Source of the DNA: Octopus vulgaris
Taxonomy: Eukaryota
DNA length: 64,000 nt
Assembly (NCBI GenBank): GCA_951406725.2
Contig: OX597817.1
Location: 170,748,001-170,812,000, forward strand
Reading direction: 5' to 3'
This document shows positions 13,112-25,904 of this stretch, in pieces (within the stretch, counting starts at the first letter, position 1; every line of letters begins with the position of its first letter). The position numbers and the translations under genes were made by a program. Under the pieces are notes generated by a model. That model made no database searches, was not told the DNA's origin, and saw only the letters and a list, made by a program, of their open reading frames with translations.

Positions 13112-13116
<5 letters not shown>
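12912..13116 (+). mobile_element. Short TA-embedded element with variant hammerhead (copy 1)
   Basis: Homologous to 35630-35869; carries cag-TTGAAAA-ggtc..gacc-GAAAC-cg-GTA-ctg at 13026-13063. Confidence 0.7.
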
Positions 13117-13149
<33 letters not shown>

Positions 13150-13762
13150 CTTGTTTTGCTTTGAAATGTAAGTTAGACATAGGCCTGAGTCAATACTGGC
13201 TGAAACACACATGTTTGCATGTATATATAGCAAGATGAAGAGATAAACAGACAGACAGACAGATAGATAGTTAGATGGATAGATATTCATTATTCATATT
13301 ACCTTCTGAGTCTTTTATATTTAGTGTGTAACGATAACATTAAATCCATTAGTCTAGCATTTCAAGACATTCACAATCTCATTTACAAATTGAACTCTTG
13401 CAACGGTATTTAGTTTATATGATCTGCAGTATGTCATAAAGAATCTTGGGAATAATTCTATAGCTGATAAATTCTTCATCGCTAGATTTAAAATTATATG
13501 ATGATAAATCTTGCTAGGTTTCATGCTATCATGATGTGTTTATCTTATGTGTGATTATATTTGTGTGTTTAATTTAAATTGTATTTTGCTGCTAGTAAAG
13601 TTTCAGTAATTATTCTTATTTTTGTGGAGTTTCATATAAAACTGTAGAACTGTCAACCAGCATTTTTTTTTCAGAACGAAGAAATAAGAGTAATAAGGAA
13701 ATATTAAGAATACTGAATAAAGAAGATCAAACTTAAACACACACATGTATGTAGTTATACAT

Positions 13763-13809
<47 letters not shown>

Positions 13810-13899
13810 TATACACACACACCAAGTGGCCCAGTACACATATATGTATCTATTCATCTACATATATACGAGTGTTCAATCGTACTGACTTTCATGGAA

Positions 13900-14006
<107 letters not shown>

Positions 14007-14018
14007 TACACACACACA

Positions 14019-16698
14019 AGATTTGAAGAGTGCCTTAGCAAAGTCAAGTCCTTCCTTCGGAAGTACAACTCTGGAAACATACTAGTGATGGGTGATTTTA
14101 ACCTCCTTCATGTGAACTGGCCCACGAATACTCTGAAGTTAGGCAAATGCTCTACATCAGATAGAGCAGCAGCAGAACTGCTCTTTAATCTAATGGATGA
14201 ATACTTCCTGACTCAGCTAGTGCTCGAACCAACGAGACAGAATAAAACGATCTTGGATCTGGTATTGACCAATCACTCTAGCTTCGTTCACAATATTTCT
14301 GTTGAAAAAACACTCCTCTCAGACCACGACATGGTACTCTGCAATTTTAATTCCCGACATATAAAAACCAAACCAGCCAATCCCACTCCATGGCACTCAT
14401 TTGACAACATAAACTTCCACAAAGCGGACTGGGGAGCAATCAGAAAGGATCTGTCTTTCATCGACTGGTCTTTTACTCTCAATTCCACCCATATCAAGAC
14501 CACATGGCAGCACTTTGAAAACATTGTCACCTATATATGCTCTAAACATGCTCCCACGAAATCTACTAACACAAACAGAAACCGGCTCCCTAAAAAGAAA
14601 AAAACACTCATCAGGCGCATCAAAAGACTCAACAAAAAAATCAACCAATTAAAATATTCCCACATACAACATCCACATTCAACAACAATGAAAAGGCTAG
14701 AGCTGGAAAAACTTCATCTGCAGAACGACATGAAAACCTCCATTGAAAACCAAAGAGCTGTGGAGGAACAGTGGGTAATCAAAAACATCAAACAGAACCC
14801 AAAAGTGTTCTATTCTTATGCAAATAAGCATAGAACCACTGTCTCACCCATTGGGCCATTGATTGATGATAATGGCATTCCCCAACACGATGCTAAAGAA
14901 ATGGCAGAAATACTGCAGAAATAATACTGCTCTGTCTTTAGTGTTCCCACTGATATTGACGTAAGAGAAGCGAATGAAGTTGACTCCCAACATAAAATCT
15001 CAAACATAACCTTCACTGCCACTGACATCTTAGCAGCAATAAATGAGGTCAAATACTACTCTACTGTAGGCCCTGATAGATTCCCCGCTAGTCTCCTGAA
15101 GGAATGTAGACACCAACTTGCAGTCCCTCTGACCAACCTCTGGAGAAATTCGTTAGACGCAGGTTTATATACCGAAACAGTTTCTATCCCAGTCAGTCAT
15201 CCCGGTTTTCAAACAGGGAAACAGATCCCTCGCACTCAACTATCGCCCAATCTCACTCACCTCCCACATCATCAAAGTGTTTGAAAGAGTGTTAAGATCA
15301 AGGATAGCTGACTTCCTGGAGACCCACAAACTCCTAAATGCAAATCAGCATGGCTTTCGCTGTGGCAGGGACTGTCTAACACAGCTCTTACACAACATTG
15401 AAGATGTACTCAAAGCCTTGGGAACAGGTTCGAACTCTGATGTCATATATCTTGACTTCAGTAAAGCGTTCGACAGGGTAGACCATAATATCCTACTCTC
15501 AAAATTTGGACAAATGTTGGAATCCGTGGAAAAGTTCTACACTGGATTAAGTATTTCCTGGCGAATAGAACACAACATGTTGTAGTTGATGGAGTCCACT
15601 CAAGCCCAGCAAAAGTCACCAGCGGTGTCCCCAGGGGACTGTCTTGGGTCCGCTACTCATCATAATTTACATAAACGACCTTTCCAGTGTCGTACATTAC
15701 TGCAAAGTGAAAATATTTGCTGATGACACTAAGCTCCAGCAAATCGTCAATGAAGAAGCAGACCGAACTCAACTCCAGTCTGATCTATATGCTGTGAGTC
15801 AATGGGCAGACAGAAACAAAATGCAACTGAATGATGGAAAATTTGAGCTGATGCATTTTGGAAGAAATTCTTCACTAAAACAGCCATACTCTCTTCCTTC
15901 AGGGGAACCACTCACAGCCTCTAACAATATCAGAGACCTGGGTGTAATTGTTGATGACGATCTCAGTTGGAGTGCACACATCAACAAGAAGGTCGATATA
16001 GCTTGTAGGATGAGTTCCTGGATCTTAAGAACTTTCCGGTCCAGAGAACAAAGTGTCATCATACCACTTTTCTCCTCCTTTGTACAGCCACACCTCGAAT
16101 ACTGCTGCCCACTGTGGTCTCCCCATATAAGACAAAACATCTCGAGGATTGAATCACCCCAGAGGGCACTCACTAAACGAATTGAAGGCATGGCCGCTCT
16201 CGATTATTGGGATCGCCTTAAAGCCTTGAAACTCTACTCTCTCCAGTGTCGCCGTGAGTGGTACACATTTGTACGATGTGGAGAATATACCGCCAACTTT
16301 GCCCAAACGACCTGAACATTAGCTTCAAGGTTCATCCAAGACTGGAACCATGGGCCATACGTCCCCTGCCCAATTCAAGATCACAACATACATGTACACT
16401 GCAACATAATTTCTTTTCCTCAACAGGCCCTGCCCTATTTAACATTGTTCCGAAAGAGATCAAAGAGGAAAAGGATCCCATCAACTTTAAATGGAGTCTG
16501 GATAGATTCCTTCAAGGAATATCAGATAAGCCACCTATAATTGGATACAACTCACCCAACAAAAACTCACTACTTGAATGGACCATAAACAAAACTTGAC
16601 TTAAACAGGATTCAAATAATCCTATCAGGTGGTGCTATTAAGTTAGACATGGCCTGGACCAATCTTTGGTCGAAACATATCTAAGTTTATCTAAGTTT
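14019..16698 (+). mobile_element. 5'-truncated CR1-like non-LTR retrotransposon (APE endonuclease + reverse transcriptase), inactivated
   Basis: Endonuclease motifs GDFN, PTR..ILDLVLTN, SDHD; RT motifs YLDFSKAFDRVDH, SGVPQGTVLGP, FADDTK. Stop at 14922 and several frameshifts; short tandem tail atctaagttt x2. Confidence 0.93.
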
Positions 16699-16909
16699 AT
16701 ATATATATATATAAATTAAATTAGAGATAAAACCACTATTAGGCAAATCAAACAGTGAAAAACATAACCCAAAACATAAAAATAAATATAATTAATATAA
16801 TATACAAAATATATAAAATATAAAATTTAAAATTGAATTATTTAAATTTAAAATTTTTAATTTATATTTATAAATTTTGATATTTTAAAATATTTTTTAT
16901 TTATATATA

Positions 16910-19300
16910 CTAGCAGAAACACCCATCATTGACTGAGTTGGAAAAAGTTGCCAAAATTGTACTATGAATATTGAAAGTTATTCATTTAGATTGTATTGAA
17001 CATATATAAGAAATGGTTGTTAACTTTCATGCAGATAATAGAGCTGTTTTCTTCTGGCCAATATTATCATGGGTGCATATAAATTTTTGATCTATGATCT
17101 ATAGTATTTTAGTCTGTAAATGAAGGAAATATCACACAAACTTTGGCTTATATCTAGTACAAGATAAGTAAATAAAAGTTCAGGGAAAGATAAAAGCATA
17201 TGTACTATGGTTTATTGAACTTAAGTATTACAACAAACAAAAATACAAATAGCTTTTCTTAGATGAATATAGTGTGACATTGACAATATCAGTTCAAAGT
17301 TATCTATCATTCTGCAAATTTTAGTTTGTTGATACTGTGGTAAAAACTTCCTTATAGACAATGTTTCAGGTTTTATCAGTAGGGGCAAAAATGGAAAGAT
17401 TGTTCTTGCTCCCCACTCTGGATGTCCCAACATATAATTGACTGTGTGAGAAACAGTACTCTTCTAATAGCAAACCATCAACTTCCAAAGTCTGACCTTG
17501 GGGCTTATTAAGGGACATTGCAAAAGACAGAGGTATTGGAAATTGAAGCCATTTGAACTCGAAGGGTATATTGGAGGGTATTAAAAGTAAGCAAGGATTA
17601 AAACATCTTCACCTTTTCCACAGCCAGAAATTCTTGTGGCCTGTATGACGTCTCATTAACTTCTTGGCAGCAATTCTTGTGCCCCTGCACAGCTTTGGCT
17701 GAGAAAGGTTGCACAGAAGCATGATTGGAGCACCTATTTTCAACGGAAGGCAATGAGGAGGAGTTCCTGGTGGCTGCAGTGAGTTTAGGGACTCAACCAG
17801 GTAATTGACTATTTCTAATTCATCCACAACAGAGACTATAAATTTGTAAGTATGTTCGTTTTCTGGTAAAAGTTTCTCGAGTGTTTCATTTAAATTATTC
17901 CCAATAACATTCTTTGGTGCTAAGATTGCTCTTACACACAACCAAGCTGTATTTGTGTAATACTTGGAAGAAAAACTTGTTCAATAAGTTCCTCAACCAA
18001 GCTGAACAAGGTGCAGATTTTTCATGGATTCAAGTCACCTTCATGATAGATATCTAGCCTTCCTTCTCCAAGTTGCAAAATAATATGGGCAAATTGTTCC
18101 CACAGATGATCCCCATACAAATGTGCCCACATATTTGGAGAAAGCTTTAACACTTTGATATATTTTCATAAAATAGAAGATTTCAAGCATGCTTTCAATT
18201 CATTCACCTTTGTTCCTCTGGGAATCACTGGCAAAGTTTATTTGAGATCACCTGAAAGTACTACTGTCACACCTCGCAGCAAACAATTGGAATTGTGCAA
18301 ATCCTGCGGCATTCTGTTAGCAGCTTCTACTGATTTCTTATGGGACATTGTAGCTTTGTCCCATATGACCAAAGGACATTTCATGAGAACTCGAGCTAAA
18401 GGACTTTAACTAATATTGCAGACAGGTTCGTCATTTGAAGTTAGATTGAATGGCAGCTTGGATGCTGCATGAGCTGTTTGACCACCTGGGAATAAAGTTG
18501 CATCAATTCCAATTTGCTACAGCTAAGGCTATTTCCTTTTTCTGCTGGACTTTGGTCAGAACTAAATTTATAACAAAAGTTTTTCCAGTTCCTACTGGTG
18601 CATCTAGAAAAAATAATCCTCTTCGTTTATGTGTCATTTGGTCAATGATTGTTGTTGTATATGCAAGTTGTAGGTCTGGCAAAAGCTTCAGGATATTTTC
18701 TTCAAGGAATCTTGGTAATGGAATCAATATCATATGAAGTTTCTTGCAAAACTTCTATTTTTATATACACCACATTTCAGGTAAGCGACAATTTCTGAGC
18801 TCCTCCTTTCCCATTGAGACAATGCCATCTTCAACATCAACCAATAATGCAGAATGATATATACCATCGTTGAATGCTATTTCCTTCTCAGGGGATCTTA
18901 ATTGGGATAGATATTTGTAGTTTTCTGATAAATCATTCTTATATTTATGCCACAACGCTAACGGATTACTTACTTCACAAATCAGGAAAATTGCAAAAAG
19001 ACCTCTCAAAGAAATAGGTGTGTATGACACTGAAGCCTCTGCCATTGTTCTGTTCCACTGATTGTCATCTTCTAACAAATTTAAGGCTAAACAGGCTTCT
19101 GTATAAGTACGAACAGCTTGACCATCAATCGTTCTTAGGAAGGAGAAGCAAGTCGGTCCTCTTAATTCATGAAGAAGCAGCCTCAAAAAGAAACATTCAT
19201 AGTGACTCACATGCACAGAGTAAACTCTTCCGATTGTCAAGTCAAATAATTTTATACTTGGATGACCCTCAATGTCAGCTCCACTTCTTCTTATATCAAT
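16910..19300 (-). mobile_element. Decayed Helitron (RepHel linker + PIF1-family helicase)
   Basis: FLDAPVGTGKTF (Walker A), [43 protein letters not shown] and a late motif resembling QLYV..SRVG. Many frameshifts; 3' CTAG|T at 16910. Confidence 0.92.
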
Positions 19301-19333
19301 ATAGATAATATAAATAACAGAGGTTATTACAGT

Positions 19334-19390
<57 letters not shown>

Positions 19391-19518
19391 TATTATGTGT
19401 GTCATTATATTGCGCATATGGCAGAAGAATGCTCTACTGAAAAATGCCCCACTGAATTTGTTTCTTCTAACGTTTAGACAAAATGGGTATTCTCAAATGA
19501 AAAGTTGTACAAGTGCAC

Positions 19519-19672
19519 ATAGGTGCAGGTGTGGCTCTGCAGTAAGAAGCTTGCTTGCCAACCACATGGTTCTGGGTTCAGTCCTGCTGCATGGCACCTT
19601 GGGCAAGTGATTTCTACTATAGCCTCGGGCCAACCAAAGCCTTGTGAGTGGATTTGGTAGACAGAAACTGAC
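19519..19672 (+). mobile_element. SINE family A, 5' half
   Basis: Matches the head and core of 587-740. Confidence 0.85.
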
Positions 19673-19885
19673 AACTTTCTACTGATTCCAAGCCAGGCAA
19701 TACTTCCTCATGGCCAGACATATTCTGGCAGAATATTGGCAACAAATGACATTGCTTTTATAACAGTGACAAAAATTGTACAACCATCATTCATTGCCAA
19801 GAAAAGGAGACAAAACACACACACATGTGTACATGTGTGTGTGTATGTATACACACATATGATATATATATATATATATATATAT

Positions 19886-20013
19886 ACAGCATCCAGCTGT
19901 AGAAACATTGCCAAATTTAGACTGGAGCCTGGTGCAGCCTTCTGGCTTCCCAGAACCCCGGTCGAACCGTCCAACCCATGCTAGCATGGAGAACGGACGT
20001 TAAACGACGATGA

Positions 20014-20016
<3 letters not shown>
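19886..20016 (+). mobile_element. RTE 3' tip (family B)
   Basis: gcatccagctgtagaaac...ggacgttaaacgacgatgatg. Confidence 0.8.
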
Positions 20017-20072
<56 letters not shown>

Positions 20073-20076
20073 CAGT

Positions 20077-20492
20077 TACTCTCTTTACTCTTTTACTTGT
20101 TTCAGTCATTTGACTGCAGCCATGCTGGAGCACCGCCTTTAGTCGAGCAAATCGACCCCGGGACTTATTCTTAGTAAGCCCAGTACTTATTCTATCGGTC
20201 TCTTTTGCCGAAACCGCTAAGTGACGGGTGACGTAAACACACCAGCATCGGTTGTCAAGCAATGCTAGAGGGACAAACACAGACACACAAACAAACACAC
20301 ATACATATATATATATATATCATATATACGACAGGCTTTCTTTCAGTTTCCATCTACCAAATCCACTCACAAGGCATTGGTCGGCCCGGGGCTATAGCAG
20401 AAGACATTTGCCCAGGATGCCACGCAGTGGGACTGAACCCAGAACCATGTGGCTGGTTAGCAAGCTACTTACCACACAGCCACTCCTGCGCC
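20077..20492 (-). mobile_element. SINE family A
   Basis: Full reverse-complement match. Confidence 0.9.
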
Positions 20493-20524
20493 ATATATAT
20501 ATATGGTTAGTCCACATTGCTCCC

Positions 20525-20745
20525 TAAAGAGCATAGGGTCAGTTTCCCAGTTTCTCTGGCATATATATTCCTCCCTTGATGGAATGATATGACCATTGCA
20601 AGATTACTCGTTTTCACCAGCTGAGATGACTGGAGTAGCTTAAAATGAAATGTCTTGCTCAAGAAACCAATGTATTGCCTGGTCCAGGAATCAAAACCAC
20701 AATTTTATGATTGTTAGCCCAACACTCTAACCAATAAGCTATGCA
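20525..20745 (-). mobile_element. Diverged tRNA-derived CORE-like SINE
   Basis: Minus strand has ggttttgattcc (B box), ttcttgagcaagaca and a cagagaaactgggaaact tail like 49755-49790. Confidence 0.6.
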
Positions 20746-20753
20746 CTTCTATA

Positions 20754-20800
<47 letters not shown>

Positions 20801-20888
20801 ATGTGTGTGTATTTATATAATGATAATAAAGTTTTGCTACTGAAACACGTGGTAAATCTATATTTTCCATTCATTTTATCTTTTTTAC

Positions 20889-20923
<35 letters not shown>

Positions 20924-21049
20924 ATGTGTGTGCATGTGTGTGTGTATGTATGTGTGTGTGTGATTGGCCTTTTTCAGTTTCCTTCTCCCAAATTTACTCA
21001 TAAGGGGCATTGATTGACCCCCTTATGAGTATATATATATATATATATA

Positions 21050-21449
21050 TCTTTATATATAAAAGTGAAGTTGTGTGTCTGTCTCCTACGATTTAGATTC
21101 CTAACTACTCCCACATTTTGCGGTGCAGTTTAACCAAAACCTGGTATCTTAAAGTCGTGATTCATATCGAGCCCTTCTGGGTATTAGCGTGCGTCTACGA
21201 TGAATCTACAATTTTAAAAATAATTTACCATCATTTTTTTCCATTTTAATGCATTTTTTTTCGCTATTATATAAGGGAAGTAACTCTCTAAAAATGTATA
21301 CGATGAGTCAACGATTTAAAAAAAAATTTACCATAATTTTTTTTCCATTTTTAATGCATTTTTTTTTCTATTTTTTTGGCTATTACTCTCTAAAAAGGCT
21401 TATATAGTTATTTCCTTACAAACCCGAGCAACGCTGGGCGATACTGCTA

Positions 21450-21450
<1 letters not shown>
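21050..21450 (+). mobile_element. Non-autonomous Helitron
   Basis: A|TCTTTATATATAAAAG ... aacccgagcaacgctgggcgatactgCTAG|T; internal duplication of about 100 bp. Confidence 0.9.
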
Positions 21451-21488
<38 letters not shown>

Positions 21489-21569
21489 TAAATAGATAGA
21501 TAGATAGATACATATATGCACACACACACACACACATATATACACATTGAAAAAGTATCTGTGTTGGTG

Positions 21570-22034
21570 CTGCGTTAACTCACCTGTGCAGGTGCTGCAT
21601 AAATGCATAGGTGCCAGTGGCATGTAAAAGGCCTCCAGCACACTCTGTTAAGTGGTTGCTGTTAGGAAGGGAATCCAACTGCAGAAACCATGCCTCAATT
21701 CACAGCTGGAGTTTGGACTGCTCCCTGCAAGCCAGCTCCAATGCAAACCGTCCAACCCATGCCAGCATGGAAAACAGATGTTAAACAATAATGATGACGA
21801 TGATGATGATGGATTGTTAAAGCTACATCCATTTGTGAAGAGGATTGGCCTGCAAGAGTCCTGCAATCAAGCCCCGTTAAAAGCACTCAGCACATGCTGT
21901 AAAGTTTTGGGTATTAGGAAGGGCATCAAACCAGCGAAACCATGCTAAATCAGACAGGAGCCTAGTGTAGCTCTCTGGCTTATCAGTTCCAGTCAAAGCA
22001 TCCAACCCATACCAGCATTGAAAATGAATGTTGA

Positions 22035-22040
<6 letters not shown>
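21570..22040 (+). mobile_element. Two tandem diverged RTE 3' ends (family B)
   Basis: Two copies of ttaggaaggg..atc...ccaacccat.ccagcat.gaaa, each with a GAT tail; the second tail expands into a GAT/GGT array to about 22300. Confidence 0.7.
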
Positions 22041-22068
<28 letters not shown>

Positions 22069-22170
22069 CGACAACAATGATGATGGTGGTGGTGGTTTTG
22101 GTGGTGGTGGTGTTGGTGGTGGTGGTGGTGGTGGTGATGATGGTGATGATGACGGCAATGATGATGACAG

Positions 22171-22220
<50 letters not shown>

Positions 22221-22309
22221 GTGATGATGACAATGACAATGTTGATGATGATGATGATAATGATGATGATGATGATGATGATGATGACAACAATGATTTA
22301 TGATATATA

Positions 22310-22345
<36 letters not shown>

Positions 22346-24209
22346 TGTATGTATGTATGTATGTATGTATGTATGCATGTATAAAGACATTCATTGAGAT
22401 GTCAGGAAAATATCAAAACATTAAAGACCATAATTAAACAAGTAAAGAAGAGAAAGAAAGAAATGGAAAAGATGAAGTAAAAGAATAAAGAGTGAGACAT
22501 GGTGAGTGGTGGCGGAGAGGTATCATTGACTTTTAACACTCTCAGAAAGTATTTATTCATAACTTATAATTTAACTGTTTGCAACAGTCATCTTGCAATC
22601 TGATGACACTAGGAGAGAAGGACAAGTAGTGAGAGTAACAGAACAAAATAATATCAAGTGATAAATGCAAAAGAAAAAATAATCCAAGAAAATGTCAAAA
22701 AAAATAATGATAGAAAGGAAGGAAAATAATGTAATAACAAATAGAAAAAGTTTGTATGTAAGTGTGTGAGAAATAAATCAATGAGAGAAGCATCACTTTG
22801 AAATTCTATTGTGGAAATGTTAATTTCTAATAACATAGTAAATATTTTGCTATATGAAAACAAGTACAGATATGGAATTTAGGCAGTCATTATTTTCAGA
22901 TAGTATTAATAGTTTTTTCTGTTAAACAAAATTGACAACTGATCATAGTTTTGTAATTACCAAATCTATAACTAGGTGCACAACAAAAAAATGGAATAAG
23001 ATGTTTTTTGAAAGTGTTGTCACAAGTTTCGCTCATTCTCCAAACATATCCAGATAGACCTGTCAGAAGTCCCTTGTCTAGGTTAACAAACATGTGTCTG
23101 TATATGTAACATTTCATCATGAATCCATTCATCATCATTTCAATCATTGATTGAAAGCCATTCAATTCCTCTTTGGCTAAAGAACTTGCAAGACAATTTG
23201 TATTGAGCAGATAGTTATAATAGTTATCACATTAATGCCAGCCATTCATTAAATAATGGTAATTCAGCCACACGAATATGCTTGTAACTGTAGAAACGCT
23301 AGTAACTGCCCACTGAACAAATACTGTATTAAAAGTTCATGATATTTTTTCTTCTTCTATTTCTAACTCTCTCATATTTCTTCCTCTTCCCTTTCTTATC
23401 TCAATACTTTTCTTTCTTTTATCCACTTTAATACTTGATTAACTTTTATCTATGTCTCTAGCCTCTCACAGCCTAATCTCATTGCAGTATTAATTATTTC
23501 CTTTTATTTTTCAACGTTCAACCAAACAACTTTTTGTTGTTGTTTTATATTCACATTACTGATTTCTTGTTTACTTCTTTAAATTATATCTGTAGATCAG
23601 ATATATGAAATTCAGAGTCACAAAATTTGAATATCTCCTTTAATAAATTTATTCTGACATTCTATTTCTACAGTTAAGTATTTTGTTTTCTCCTTCTCCT
23701 TTACACTTCTGCGTATATGTGTACAGGTGTGTCTTCAGTGTATCTCACATATGGTAATCAAATTTGTAAGCAAGTATGTATGTATGTATGTATGTATGTA
23801 TGTATATATGTATGTATGTATGTATGTATGTGTGTGTATGTGTGTGTATAGATATATATAATATGGAAGGGAAACATTAAACAATGATGATGATATATAT
23901 ATATATGTGTGTGTGTGTGTACATATACATAAAATACATATAGTTATACACATACACAAGTGCCCATATACATATCATATGTCATGGGTGTGTGTGGATA
24001 TGTGAGTGTATGTGTTGAAGTTTAATTTTTTTTATTCACAAGCTTTCATTAGTTCCATATCAGTTCTTTTATGCTTAGTTTTGAACAATAAAACACTGAA
24101 GTTCATTAACATTTATAAGCCGTCTGTCTCATCTTCTCAATGAAGTGTGGATAATAGCAGCGTATTTTATTGCTGCGTTTTTATAGTAGGCAGGAAGTCA
24201 TAATAATAA

Positions 24210-24660
24210 TCATCATCATCGTCATTTAATGTTCATTTTCCATGCTGGCATCAGTCAGACATCTTGGCAGGAGCTGGCAAACTGGGAGGGCTGCACTAGG
24301 CTCCGCTCAATCTGTTCTGGCATTGCTTCTATGCTTGGATGCCCTTCCTTATACTAACCACTTTATAGAGTGTACTGGGTGCTTTTTACATGGAGCTAGT
24401 ACATGTGCCTTTTATGAGGTGCCGGCATAGGTGCTTCCCAAATAGTGCTGGCACTGTGTATTTTATGTGGCACTGTTAGGGGTACCTATTATGTGACACT
24501 AGCATGGGTGTCCTTCGTGTGGTGCCAGCACAGATGCTCTTAATGTAGTGCCAGCATGGGTGCTCTTTACATGGGGCCACCATGGGTGCTTTTCATGTGG
24601 CAATGGCATGGGTGCCTTTTACGTGACACTGGCACAAGTGCTTTTTACATGGCACCAACA
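24210..24660 (-). mobile_element. Diverged RTE 3' UTR copy (family B)
   Basis: catcatcatc..tttaatgttcattttccatgctggc...ggatgcccttcct followed by repeated gtgcttttacatggcac units. Confidence 0.7.
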
Positions 24661-24909
24661 TGGAGAATGTCCAATAAACAAACTAGCCATAATGATAAAA
24701 TCTTAATCCCCAAACAAACGGTGTTTAATCGCGATAAGGAAATTAGAACAAATTTTTAATAAAAAGATTAAATTTAAAACTAGTGGCATCTCCAAATGTA
24801 ACATGATTGAAAGAAAAGCTTTTCCCTATACACACACATATATACACATACATACATGCACACATTTACATATAAACACATGCGTACACAGACTCTGACA
24901 CATACATAT

Positions 24910-25332
24910 ACTTTCTCTTTACTCTTTTTATTTGTTTCAGTCATTTGACTGTGGCCATGCTGGAGCACCGCCTTTAGTCGAGGAAACCAACCCCAGGACT
25001 TATTCTTTGTAAGCCTAGTACTTATTCTATCGGTCTGTTTTGCCGAACCGCTAAGTTACAGGGACGTAAACACACCAGGATTGGTTGTCAAGCGATGTTG
25101 GGGGAACAAATACAGACACACAAACATATACACACACATACATATATATATATATATACATATATACGACGGGCTTCTTTCAATTTCCATCTACCAAATC
25201 CACTCACAAGGCTTTGGTCGGCCCAACGCTATAGTAGAAGACACTTGCCCAAGATGCCATGCAGTGGGACTGAACCCGGAACCATGTGGTTCGTAATCAA
25301 GCTACTTACCACACAGCCACTCCTACGCCTAT
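24910..25332 (-). mobile_element. SINE family A
   Basis: Full reverse-complement match. Confidence 0.9.
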
Positions 25333-25469
25333 ATGTCATGCCATTTTTTAAAAATCCAGATATAAGGCAGATAACGCAATCTCGATATACAATGTTCACA
25401 GCAATATCAAGATCTTAGGTGACAAAGCTAATCAATCTTCATAACTAGTTCAGCAAAGTAGCTACAATC

Positions 25470-25856
25470 TCCACCATATAATTCAGATATCCAGATATTA
25501 TTGATCTGTCTTGATACTTCTATGTCTTCCTAATAACCTAAGAGTTCACATATCCAGAGATTATTGATCTGAATTGAAACTGATATCTTCTTTTTAATAT
25601 CCTTATAGTTCAGATATCCATAGATCTGAATTGAAACTGATATCACTTCCTAATAACCTAATAGCTCAGATATCCAGATATTGTCAATCGGAATTAAAAC
25701 TGATATCCTTTCCTAATAAACCACATAATTCAGATATCCAGATAGTGTTGATATGAATTGAAACTGATATTTCTTCTTAATCAGCTTATAGTTAAGATAT
25801 CCAGGAAGTGTCTGATGGAATTAAAGTAGATATTTCTTCTAAATAACCTTATAATT
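25470..25856. repeat. About 62-bp diverged tandem repeat, about 6 copies
   Basis: Recurring cagatatccagatatt.ttgatctgaattgaaactgatat..ttcctaataacct.atagtt. Confidence 0.85.
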
Positions 25857-25904
25857 TATTTTTACGCCGAACCTCAAGTGTTAACCTCAGTTAACATTCT
25901 AAAC

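Noticed and set aside
13620-13690. Minus-strand CTGAAAA...GAAAC
   Set aside because: Stems and the cleavage triplet cannot be formed convincingly.
23227-23287. Possible minus-strand terminal exon (YKHIRVAELPLFNEWLALM*) and ORF 22896-23165
   Set aside because: No recognisable homology or partner exons; too short to support without RNA data.
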